Below, piece by piece: positions 1-8,286 of a stretch of DNA of 64,000 nt; within the stretch, counting starts at the first letter, position 1, and each line of letters opens with the position of its first letter. This DNA comes from Chloroflexota bacterium (GTDB lineage Bacteria > Chloroflexota > UBA11872 > VXOZ01), in the NCBI GenBank assembly GCA_963663275.1, contig OY760183.1, forward strand, positions 1,664,001 through 1,728,000, read 5' to 3'. Both the position numbers and the translations under genes were made by a program. The notes under the pieces were generated by a model. It did no database searches. It had not been told where the DNA came from and was given only the letters and a program-made list of their open reading frames with translations.

Positions 1-201
1 CAGGGAGAGGGGATTCGTGGGAACGCGCCCAGCCCTCATCTCGATCCTCTCCCTCAGGGAGAGGGGACAAAGGGAGGGAGCGGGGACGCGCACAGTCGAA
101 CGACAGGTGAGGATACTCGCCTTGGCTCTCTCCCTCAGGGTGAGGGGATTCAAGGGAACACACTCAATCCTCTTCTTGGTCATCTCTCTGAGAGAGAGGG
201 G
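1..201 (+). repeat. Degenerate copies of the CCCTCACCC...CCCTCTCCC-N-GGGAGAGGG palindromic repeat inside the dGTPase frame
   Basis: cagggagagggg (1-12), ccctcatctcgatcctctccctcagggagagggg (33-66), ctctccctcagggtgagggg (~128-147), ctctctgagagagaggggg (~184-202). Confidence 0.8.
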
Positions 202-990
202 GCTGTTGCAGGGAACGAGATGAAGGCGTGCTACGCCGAGGATGCGCCGTTGCTTGCGTGGATTTGCGAGAGAGGCTCGTTGGAGGAGCGGTCGTTCGAG
301 TGCCAAATCATGGATTGGGCCGACGACGTGGCGTATTCGGCGCACGATCTGGAAGACGGCATCAACGTGGGCATGATCAGCGTGCAGAACCTGCGGCGTC
401 CGGCCAACCAGGAGGCGGTCGCGCGGCGCGTGCAGGCGGGCGCGGCGGAGCGGGGGCGCTCGTGGTCGGAGGCGGACGTGGTGCGAGAACTCGACTGGCT
501 GGCGGCGCGCCTGAGCGAGTTGGAAGGCCTGCCGACGCCGCGCCACGCCCGGGCGGCATTGAAGGACTTGACCTCGCGCCTGATCAACGAATTCGTGCGC
601 TGCGCTCAAGGCGCGCCCCGGCTGGGTTGGACGGAAGGCCTATCGGAACGCTACCGCTACGGCTTGATGGTGCCCGAAGCGCAGGAACGGCGCTGCGAGG
701 TGCTGAAGCAGGTGGCGTTTGTGCTGGTGTTCGCGGAGCCGCGCGTGACGACGCTGGCGCATCGCGCGCACCACATGGTGGAGCGGCTGTTCGCGGTATT
801 CCAGGCGGAGGAGAACGCGGCGATGTATCCCTTTGAGTTTCAAGACCAGTTTACGGGCGCGCGCAACGGCGCGGCGCGCATGAGGGTGGCCTGCGACTAC
901 ATCGCCTCTATGACGGATTTCCAGGCCGAACGCGCCTACCAGCGCCTTTTCGTGCCCGGTTACGAGAGCATTCTGGATCCGTTAGTGTAG
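1..990 (+). CDS. dgt: dGTP triphosphohydrolase (HD family), 5'-partial; frame open from base 1 through repeat-derived sequence
   Basis: ECQIMDWADDVAYSAHDLEDG and C-terminal RVACDYIASMTD motifs. Frame 1 has no stop from 1 to 987, so the ATG at 220 is probably internal. Confidence 0.85.
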   Translation, partial: QGEGIRGNAPSPHLDPLPQGEGTKGGSGDAHSRTTGEDTRLGSLPQGEGIQGNTLNPLLGHLSEREGAVAGNEMKACYAEDAPLLAWICERGSLEERSFECQIMDWADDVAYSAHDLEDGINVGMISVQNLRRPANQEAVARRVQAGAAERGRSWSEADVVRELDWLAARLSELEGLPTPRHARAALKDLTSRLINEFVRCAQGAPRLGWTEGLSERYRYGLMVPEAQERRCEVLKQVAFVLVFAEPRVTTLAHRAHHMVERLFAVFQAEENAAMYPFEFQDQFTGARNGAARMRVACDYIASMTDFQAERAYQRLFVPGYESILDPLV

Positions 991-1048
991 ATTGCCGCCG
1001 CCCAACGGCAGGCCGTTCGGCCCTCAAATCCGGCATGTGTCAATCCGG

Positions 1049-1202
1049 CGTCAGGTGTAGGGGCACGACATGTCGTGCCCCTACACCTGACGTCCGGCCC
1101 CTTTACAACGTTGTTGAATTGCGTAGGGGCGGTTCGCGAACCGTCCCCACGGCGCACGGTGAATCACAATCCCGGTAGGGGCGGTTCGCGAACCGCCCCT
1201 AC
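1049..1202. repeat. Cluster of three GTAG-type REP palindromes between convergent genes
   Basis: Perfect 44-bp palindrome 1049-1092 (core GTAGGGGCACGACATGTCGTGCCCCTAC); GTAGGGGCGGTTCGCGAACCGCCCCTAC at 1175-1202 and a 2-mismatch copy from 1123. Confidence 0.9.
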
Positions 1203-1215
1203 CTGTGTGCAGTGT

Positions 1216-2304
1216 TTACCAGACCTCGTCCGTTCTGCGCCAGACCATCTGGGGCCGGACGTTTTCCAGGGGCAGGTCGGCGATCATGCCGTAGTCCTCG
1301 CCGTGGTAGGCGGCGATGATGGCTTCCATCGACTTCTTGGATTCGACGCCGTTGGTCAGCGGCGTCTTATCGTTCACGATGCAGTCGATGAAGTGCTCGC
1401 ACTCACCGGCGAAGTTCTTGCGGGCGCTGAAGGCGTCCATCAGGTCGGCCTTGCTGGGGTCGTCTTCCAGGACGAGCGTGCCTTCCTTGTCGCCCGCCTG
1501 CCAGAGCGTCAGGCGGCGGACGCCGTCGGGATCGTAGCTCAGGATCAACTCGCCGCCTTCCAGGTAGACCGCGAAGCGCAGGTGGCAATCGCTGTGCTTC
1601 GTGCCCCAGGAGGCCACGTAGTTGCCCAGAGCGCCGCTGGCAAAGCGGTAGATGGAGACGGCGGTGTCCTCGCGGCCCAGGGTATCCTTGCGGAAGCGGT
1701 CGTCGCTCAGGCAGGTGGCTTGCACCACGTCGCCTAGGTTCCAGATCATCTGGTCGACGTAATGGCAGCCGTGGCTGAGCAGGCAGCCCATGGGAAAGGT
1801 CTTCCACGACTTGCGCCAGCCGGCCGGATTCGCCATGTTGTCTTCCGTGCGCACCTGCGCCATGTAGGGCTGGCCGTAGGCGCCGCCGGTAACTTGCTCG
1901 TTGAGTTTCTGCCAGATGGGTTGGTAGCGGGTGACGTAGGCCACCATGAGCTTGACGTTCCGCTCGTCGGCCACGCGGATCATCTCGTCGGCGTCTTCCA
2001 GCGTCGTGGCCATGACCTTCTCGGTGAGCACGTGCTTGCCGCGGTGCATGGCGGCCAGGCTCATTTCGGCGTGGAGATGGGGCGGCGTGCAGATGTCCAC
2101 GGCGTCCACCTCATCGAGAATCGACAGGTAGTCCGTCGTCCACTTGGCGCCGGTGCGCTCGGCCTCGGCCTTGGCCTTCTCTTCGTCCACGTCCACGCAG
2201 TAAGCCAACTCGCAGGCTTCGCTCATGCGGGCGTAGGCGTTGATGTGGCCGGTGCTGATGCCGCCGCAACCGATGACGGCGATGCGAATCTTGCTTTCGT
2301 TCAT
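1216..2304 (-). CDS. Gfo/Idh/MocA family oxidoreductase
   Basis: IAVIGCGGIS Rossmann start, ICTPPHLH, GKHVLTEK, GCHYVD; GGAG RBS. Confidence 0.9.
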   Translation of the reverse strand: MNESKIRIAVIGCGGISTGHINAYARMSEACELAYCVDVDEEKAKAEAERTGAKWTTDYLSILDEVDAVDICTPPHLHAEMSLAAMHRGKHVLTEKVMATTLEDADEMIRVADERNVKLMVAYVTRYQPIWQKLNEQVTGGAYGQPYMAQVRTEDNMANPAGWRKSWKTFPMGCLLSHGCHYVDQMIWNLGDVVQATCLSDDRFRKDTLGREDTAVSIYRFASGALGNYVASWGTKHSDCHLRFAVYLEGGELILSYDPDGVRRLTLWQAGDKEGTLVLEDDPSKADLMDAFSARKNFAGECEHFIDCIVNDKTPLTNGVESKKSMEAIIAAYHGEDYGMIADLPLENVRPQMVWRRTDEVW

Positions 2305-2428
2305 GGCTGTGTGCTCCTCCTGGCGCTGTTGCCTGTTTCTATGCGTGTCATCTGAATGTCATCCGCTGACGAGCGGCGCTCCGCGGCGGGCGGGCGACGC
2401 GCTGCCTCTTTTTCCCTCTCCCCGAGGA

Positions 2429-2581
2429 GAGCCGACAGGGCTATGTGAGTGTCATTCCGAGCGGAGCGCAGCGGAGAGAGGAATCTAGAGCAAGGTCCCG
2501 CAATTCCAGCATCTCTAGATTCCTCGCTCCGCTCGGAATGACACGTAGAGTTGGATGGAAAGTGCGTACCCCTGTCGGCCT
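2429..2581. mobile_element. MITE family B (~150 bp) containing an inverted GTCATTCCGAGC...GGAATC pair
   Basis: Ends GAGCCGACAGGGCTA / TACCCCTGTCGGCCT, similar to the 63851-64000 element; flanked by split halves of a CCCTCTCCC/GGGA repeat. Confidence 0.7.
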
Positions 2582-2620
2582 GGGAATAGGGAACGCATGT
2601 AGTCCGTCTTTGCGAATTCC

Positions 2621-2766
2621 CCCTCACCCTAACCCTCTCCCCCGGGGAGAGGGGATGAAGGCTGCTTTCTTTGCGAGTTTCCCCTCACCCTAGCCCTCTC
2701 CCCGGGGAGAGGGAATGGAAACCGTCGCCTTTGGGAGTTCCCCCTCACCCTAACCCTCTCCCTCGG
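2621..2766 (+). repeat. Three tandem CCCTCACCCTAACCCTCTCCC-N-GGGAGAGGG repeats, the third split by a MITE
   Basis: Copies at ~2621, ~2682 and ~2742, about 60 bp apart. Confidence 0.9.
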
Positions 2767-2786
2767 GAGGCCTTTGCATAACTCTG

Positions 2787-3797
2787 TCATTCCGGCGAAA
2801 GCCGGAAGGTGGATTCACATTTCAAGTGCAACACCTGGTTGATGAATACTTCGGCTGGCGTTTGGAAGTCAAGACACTTGCGCGGGGTGTGGTTGTAGGC
2901 GTGGACCAGTTGCGCAAAGCGTTGTTGGCTCACCTGTGCCAGGTCGGTCTTGCGCGGCAGCCGGCGCCGCAGGCGGCCGATGGCGTTCTCGATGCCCCCT
3001 TTCTGCCAGGGCGAGTGGGTATCGCAGAAGAAGGTTTGGATGCCCAAGTCATGGAGGCGGTAATGCTGTGCGAACTCCGTGCCATTGTCGAACGTGACGG
3101 TCTGGCTGCACGCTGGGGGCAGCGCGGCGAACAGGTCGTGCAGGATAGTGGCGATCGGCGCTGCCGCCTTGCCGGGCGGTCGCGCGGCCAGCAACAGGCG
3201 CGAGTGGCGCTCGTGCAGGGTCAAGACTGCTTGACCGTAGGTGCGAAAGAGCATCAGGTCCGCCTCCCAGTGGCCGGGCGTTTGGCGGTCTGCCGCCGCC
3301 TGGGGCCGTTCTGCCAGCGGTCGGCGCTGGGCAATGAACGAGGCCGGACTGCCGCCCTTTCGCCCGCGCCAGCCCCGTTTGGACTTGGCGCGCGGCAGGT
3401 AATGCCGCCAGTTACCGTCCTTCGTGCGCGCCTGCTGCCCGTAGATGAAGCGATAGATGGTCTCGTGAGAGACGACCGGCGCGCCGTTCTCCCGCGCCAA
3501 ACGTCCGGATACCTGCTCCGGCGACCAACAATCCCGCAAGTATCCCAACACCACCTCCCGCAACTCGGCATCCCGCTCCAGCTTGCTGCCGCGCCAGCAC
3601 CGCGCCCACGCCTGATCATCGGCATACTTTGGCTCATAGCCTGCCGATTGCGATCCATTTCGTTTCACCTCCCGCGAAATCGTCGATGGCGCGCGACCCA
3701 GAGTTGCAGCGATTTGCCGGTGCGAGGTTCTCGCGGTGAGAAGTCGGGCAATTTCACACCGCTCTTCAATGGTAAGTTGTGTGTATTGTTTTCCCAT
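2787..3797 (-). CDS. IS30-family transposase
   Basis: N-terminal HTH (STISREVKRN), WSPEQ, SHETIY, GHWEAD, TFDNGTEF, WQKGGIEN, PRKCL (DDE intact). Confidence 0.95.
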   Translation of the reverse strand: MGKQYTQLTIEERCEIARLLTARTSHRQIAATLGRAPSTISREVKRNGSQSAGYEPKYADDQAWARCWRGSKLERDAELREVVLGYLRDCWSPEQVSGRLARENGAPVVSHETIYRFIYGQQARTKDGNWRHYLPRAKSKRGWRGRKGGSPASFIAQRRPLAERPQAAADRQTPGHWEADLMLFRTYGQAVLTLHERHSRLLLAARPPGKAAAPIATILHDLFAALPPACSQTVTFDNGTEFAQHYRLHDLGIQTFFCDTHSPWQKGGIENAIGRLRRRLPRKTDLAQVSQQRFAQLVHAYNHTPRKCLDFQTPAEVFINQVLHLKCESTFRLSPE

Positions 3798-3841
3798 GGC
3801 AACACCTTAGCAAAGTGTTGCACTTCGTTTGTGAGTCTAGG
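2808..3841 (-). mobile_element. IS30-family insertion sequence, 1034 bp
   Basis: 27-bp imperfect IRs (GGTGGATTCACATTTCAAGTGCAACAC vs CCTAGACTCACAAACGAAGTGCAACAC); GAA direct repeat at 2805-2807 and 3842-3844. Confidence 0.9.
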
Positions 3842-3982
3842 GAATCCAGAGCGGTGTCACAACTAAATAAGGCATACCGTCAAGCCATTTCATCCCAATC
3901 CCAGCCTTCCCCCTCAATGGGCAAGGGGTTATGCAAAGGTCTCCCCAGGGAGAGGGGACTAAGAGCTACGAATGCTCCAACG

Positions 3983-5341
3983 TTAGAACAGCCGGCTGAG
4001 CAGGTTGAGCGCGCACTGTTGCATGGCCGGCCCGGTGCCGACGCCGCCCAGGGATGAATAGCCGGCCCAGGTTTCGTAGCCGCCGTGCTCGGTCAGGGCC
4101 TTGTCGGTGCAGACGTAGCCGATGTAGCCGTTGGCCAGGCTCACGACGAACTGCGGCGCGGCGGGCGACTGCTCCTTGATTTCCAGGCCGAACTCCACGA
4201 AGATCTCGCCGGGCAGAGCGACAATCGCCGCCTCGCCCAGCCGCAGGGCCTGCACCGGCGCGGTGTGCGTCAGCGGCATTCGCGCCAGCCGTTGGCATTC
4301 CGCGGCGTACACGTCCGAAAGCTGATGCGGCAGCATCTGGCCGACCACCCAGCTAAACGGCCCGGAATCGTAGTCGGAGTATGTGCCGGCGGGCGCCGCC
4401 AGGATCTTCTCGGCCATGGCGAGGTCTTCTTCCGTGATGGACTTGCGCGTGAACTCGAACGTATCCACCGCCGCGTCCAGCTCGAGTTCGTCGTGCATCT
4501 CCATGAGCTGAATCTCGGTGATCAGGTGGCCGGCGAGCACGTTGGCCATTTTGATGGCCTGCTTGTGGCCGCTGGCGGTCCACTTGCGCTGGCCGCTGTA
4601 GTCATTGTTGTTGATGTCGCCGGAGGTGCCGTTCCAGAGCATGCCGACGCACTGGGGGTCGAGGTAGCGTTGCACCAGCCGGTGGAAGTGCCCGAAGTAG
4701 TCGGCGGAGATGGCCAGGCCGTTATCCGTGCCCACGTAGTGCAGCACGAAATTGGAGACGGCGGCGATTGGCCGTCCGTCCGCCCCTTCCACGTAGAGCA
4801 TGGTGACTTCAGGGTCTTTGGGATAGGTCGGTTTCACCAGGTCGGGACTGCCCGCGCCCGGGTTCATGCGCACGGTGCCGTCGCGCATGTGCCAGCGGCG
4901 GTTGAACGAGATGCGGTCCTCGTGGGCCGTGGCAAAGCCCACGCGGGCGGGTTCCAGGCGCTGGGTAGCGATTTCCACGGCGTCCGCAATCTTGCGCGGT
5001 GCCCACGCGACGTACTCCGCGTCTTCATTGGTGCCGAGCAGATCGGCGATGCCGGCCGCGGTGTGGGTGTGCGTGGCGTTGATCATGACGTTTTCGGCGG
5101 GAATGCCGCAGCGCGCGCCGATGCGCTCCTTGGCGGCGTCCGCCATGCCTTGGGGCATCACGATGAGGTCGCACGTGACGAGAGCCAGCCGCGTAGCGCC
5201 ATTGTCGATGACCAGCGCCTTGGCCAGGAGTTCGTCGTCTACGTCCGCGGCGTAGCGTGTGCGGTGGCCGCCCGGAACCTCGATGCCCAGCCACGGCGTG
5301 ATGTTCGCCGTGGCGGCGCCGGCTTGCAGTGCTGTACTCAC
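3983..5341 (-). CDS. Neutral/alkaline ceramidase-like metallohydrolase
   Basis: ATHTHTA, NFVLHY, ISADY, GTSGDIN, LPGEIF, LANGYIGY motifs; GTG start after AAGGAG. Confidence 0.75.
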   Translation of the reverse strand: MSTALQAGAATANITPWLGIEVPGGHRTRYAADVDDELLAKALVIDNGATRLALVTCDLIVMPQGMADAAKERIGARCGIPAENVMINATHTHTAAGIADLLGTNEDAEYVAWAPRKIADAVEIATQRLEPARVGFATAHEDRISFNRRWHMRDGTVRMNPGAGSPDLVKPTYPKDPEVTMLYVEGADGRPIAAVSNFVLHYVGTDNGLAISADYFGHFHRLVQRYLDPQCVGMLWNGTSGDINNNDYSGQRKWTASGHKQAIKMANVLAGHLITEIQLMEMHDELELDAAVDTFEFTRKSITEEDLAMAEKILAAPAGTYSDYDSGPFSWVVGQMLPHQLSDVYAAECQRLARMPLTHTAPVQALRLGEAAIVALPGEIFVEFGLEIKEQSPAAPQFVVSLANGYIGYVCTDKALTEHGGYETWAGYSSLGGVGTGPAMQQCALNLLSRLF

Positions 5342-5450
5342 GCGCGTCGCTCCTTGTGTACACTCATTACGCAATCATCCAGTCTCGACGCAAGTATAGC
5401 GCAGAATGATGCCGGGCGGAAGTGGGTGCGAGACCCGTGCGAGCGTGCCA

Positions 5451-5480
5451 TTGACAAGGGGCACGCGAACAACTTACGAT
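5451..5480 (+). promoter_or_regulatory. Putative sigma70 promoter for the GPP34 gene
   Basis: TTGACA-N18-TACGAT. Confidence 0.55.
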
Positions 5481-5508
5481 AACTGCAAACCCTACAGTGA
5501 AGTAAGGA

Positions 5509-6168
5509 GTGACGGAAATGTTGCGATTTGCAGAAGAGATCATGCTCCTCTTGCTCGATGATGAGAGTGGAGAGTTCGCGCACATACCCGAGTGGTCGCT
5601 GCGCTATGCTCTGGCCGGCGCGGTGCTGATGGACCTTGCGTTGGAGAATAGGATCGACACCGACCCGAAGCGGCTGATGCTGCTGGATCCTACGCCCATC
5701 GGCGACGACCTGCTGGACCCGACGCTGGCCGCCATCGTGGAGTCCAAGGACGTGCACGACATTTGCCATTGGATCGAGCACACGGCTGAGAATGCCTATA
5801 CCATTCGCGACAAGGCGATGAAGCGGCTCATCACCCACGGCATCCTGGAAAGCCGCGCCGATCGTTTCCTCTGGGTCTTCCGGGCCCGGCGCTACCCGGT
5901 GATCGACGGCAAGGCGGAGCGGGAAGTGAAGCTGCGGATCATGGAAGTGCTCTTCAGCGACGTGATCCCCGACCCGCGCGACATCGTCATCATCTGCCTG
6001 GCGGACGCCTGCGGCATCTTCCGCACGCTGCTCTCCAAGCAGGAACTGAAGCACGCGGCCACGCGCATCGAGCAGGTTCGCAAGCTGGACCTGATCGGCC
6101 AGGCGGTCTCGCAGGTGGTCTGGAACATCGAGTCGTCGCTGGCGCTCTCGATGCATCCGATGGCATAG
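5509..6168 (+). CDS. GPP34/GOLPH3-Vps74 family protein
   Basis: LRFAEEIMLLLLDD, LAGAVLMDLAL, GDDLLD, FLWVF..RRYP pattern; start may be ATG 5518. Confidence 0.8.
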   Translation: MTEMLRFAEEIMLLLLDDESGEFAHIPEWSLRYALAGAVLMDLALENRIDTDPKRLMLLDPTPIGDDLLDPTLAAIVESKDVHDICHWIEHTAENAYTIRDKAMKRLITHGILESRADRFLWVFRARRYPVIDGKAEREVKLRIMEVLFSDVIPDPRDIVIICLADACGIFRTLLSKQELKHAATRIEQVRKLDLIGQAVSQVVWNIESSLALSMHPMA

Positions 6169-6287
6169 GACTGGGATAGGGTTTGCGCCCGCGGCGGCAG
6201 GCGCGGCGGCTGTCCGCGGGCCGCTGCCGGCGGTAGCATAGAGGCCGGGGCGCGAGGACCGCGAGCGATTGATTGGGTGAAGAAAAT

Positions 6288-6329
6288 GCCCGTAACGGCG
6301 CGAAGGCGCCGTTACGGGCTGTTTTTTTT
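6288..6329 (+). terminator. Rho-independent terminator
   Basis: GCCCGTAACGGCGC-GAAG-GCGCCGTTACGGGC followed by T8. Confidence 0.85.
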
Positions 6330-6396
6330 GCTTTGCCGGAGTGCGCGGTAGCGGGCGCACGGTCCGGGGAAACGTCCGCGACCCGGCCGCTTGGCG

Positions 6397-7233
6397 CTAG
6401 GCGCTGACCCCGTAGAAGCGCGCGGCGTTGCCGCCAAAGACGCCCGCCATGCTGTTCTCGTCCAGCAGCGGCGATAGAATTTCCGTCAAAGCGCCGATTA
6501 CGTCGTCGTAGCGCGCCGCCAGGAGGCAGACCGGCCAGTCGCTGCCAAACATCACGCGCTCCGGTCCAAAGCACGCCAGGGTATGTTCCACGTAGGGCTT
6601 CAGATCGGCGGGCGTCCAGTGGGCGTGGTCGGCCTCGGTGACCATGCCGGACAGCTTGCAGTAGACGTTTTCGTGCTGGGCAATCTCCGCCAGCAGCCCG
6701 TCCCACGGCTCGAACCGCCGCGCCGCAATCTCCGGCTTGGCGATGTGGTCGATCACGGCGCGCAGGTGCGGCACGTGTGCCAGCGCCCGCAGCACGTGCG
6801 GCATGTGCTGGGGGCGCACCAGAAAGTCGAAGGGAAAGTCGTGGGCCGCCAGCAGCCTGAGGTTCTCCAGCACGTGCGGCCGGGTTATCCAGGCGTCGTC
6901 GGCCAGGTCGTGCAGCATGGGGCGAATGCCGACGAACGCCGGTTCCTGGCGGTACTTCTCGAACAGCCTGAGAAAGTCGGGAGCGGCCATGTCGAGCCAG
7001 CCGACCACGCCGCCAACGGTCTCGTCCGCGGCGGCCAGCGAGAGCATGAAGTCCGTCTCCGCTACGGTCGGCGCGGCCTGCACGATGATCGTCTTGTCGA
7101 TGTTGTGCCGGTCCAGCGCGGGCTTCAGGTCGGCGGGCAGGTAGTCCCGGTAGAGCACGCCCATGTCCGGCGTCAGCCAGCCGTAGTCGCCCCGGCTCAG
7201 CTTCCAGTAATGCTGGTGTGAATCGATACGCAT
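6397..7233 (-). CDS. Amidohydrolase_2 family protein (L-fuconolactonase-like)
   Basis: IDSHQHYW, DHIAKP, CKLSG, FGSDWPV. Confidence 0.85.
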   Translation of the reverse strand: MRIDSHQHYWKLSRGDYGWLTPDMGVLYRDYLPADLKPALDRHNIDKTIIVQAAPTVAETDFMLSLAAADETVGGVVGWLDMAAPDFLRLFEKYRQEPAFVGIRPMLHDLADDAWITRPHVLENLRLLAAHDFPFDFLVRPQHMPHVLRALAHVPHLRAVIDHIAKPEIAARRFEPWDGLLAEIAQHENVYCKLSGMVTEADHAHWTPADLKPYVEHTLACFGPERVMFGSDWPVCLLAARYDDVIGALTEILSPLLDENSMAGVFGGNAARFYGVSA

Positions 7234-7293
7234 CGCAACGCTTTCAATCCCCGGCTTGCAACCGGTACGGGCAACTCACTCAGGCAAGAAACA

Positions 7294-8286
7294 CTACCAA
7301 TAGGGGTTCTTGGTGTCTACCACGTCGGCATCGGTGATGCCGGACACGCGCCGGCAGACCTGGCGGGCCCGGTACACCTGATCGTGGTCCTGGAATTCCG
7401 CGCGGATCCTGGCTACGCCGCTCTCCGGGTCAACGCCCACGGATTCGAAGCGAATGCCGAAGAGGTATGAGTCGTCTTCCAAGACCTTCGCTAGGGCGAT
7501 GCTCTTGCGAAACCACGCGGCGCGTCCGGTGATCATGCCCAGGATGTGATTGTGGGCGATGTCCCAGTACATCCCAAAGAGGATGCCCGAAAAGAACCAC
7601 ACGGGAAACACGCTCACCGCGAGCGTCCAGCCGTTTTCCACCATGGTGCCAAGCGCGGCCATGAGACCTATGGGCACGCCGATGCCGGACAGGACCTGAT
7701 GGGGCCCGAAGTAGACGGAGACAATTGGCCCCAGGACTATGCGCCAGTAGATGTCGTGATTGGCCTGAAAGCGGCGCAGGATTCCCATCAGCAATCCCAG
7801 CACGCCCGCGCCGATGACGACGGGGGAGAGGTTCAAGATGAGCGCCACTATGGTCAAAAGGCTGCTAAGCAGCAATCTCAGGCTGAGGGGGTTTGTGCCC
7901 GGCTCCCCGGACCAGATTGTGAGCACTCCCACGGCGATGACGACGAGGATGATGATCCCAGCCGTGATTTCCAGAACTTTCAGCGTGCGCAGGCGCTCCC
8001 AAAAGCCGGACAGAATTACGAGCGGCGTGAGCACGATGGCAAAGAGCAACGCGCCCGCCATGAGCGCCACCATGAAGGAATTGAGAATGGGCCACAAGAC
8101 GACCGCAAGCCCGATCGGAATGATGAACGCCATGGGCGCGAGCGCGCCGGCAATGCCGCCGGAAAGCAGCGTTACCCGCAGGCCGGCGATCATCACCAAG
8201 GTGTCCGCTACCGTGGCGGAGATGATTTCGCGGCGCGAAAGGAATCGCGTGTCGTCGGAGCCGCCTAGGGTGTTTGGCTGTGCCAT
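7294..8286 (-). CDS. Polytopic membrane protein with C-terminal BON-like domain
   Basis: About 7 hydrophobic segments; tail LEDDSYLFGIRF...GVARIRAEF...RARQVCRRVSGITDADV. Confidence 0.65.
   Translation of the reverse strand: MAQPNTLGGSDDTRFLSRREIISATVADTLVMIAGLRVTLLSGGIAGALAPMAFIIPIGLAVVLWPILNSFMVALMAGALLFAIVLTPLVILSGFWERLRTLKVLEITAGIIILVVIAVGVLTIWSGEPGTNPLSLRLLLSSLLTIVALILNLSPVVIGAGVLGLLMGILRRFQANHDIYWRIVLGPIVSVYFGPHQVLSGIGVPIGLMAALGTMVENGWTLAVSVFPVWFFSGILFGMYWDIAHNHILGMITGRAAWFRKSIALAKVLEDDSYLFGIRFESVGVDPESGVARIRAEFQDHDQVYRARQVCRRVSGITDADVVDTKNPYW

Larger units (their letters stand above)
2767..3943. mobile_element. MITE family A (140 bp) interrupted by IS30
   Basis: TIRs GAGGCCTTTGCATAAC / GTTATGCAAAGGTCTC. 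Removing the 1034-bp IS and a 3-bp duplication restores 140 bp, the length of the copies at 51434 and 53905. Confidence 0.85.
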
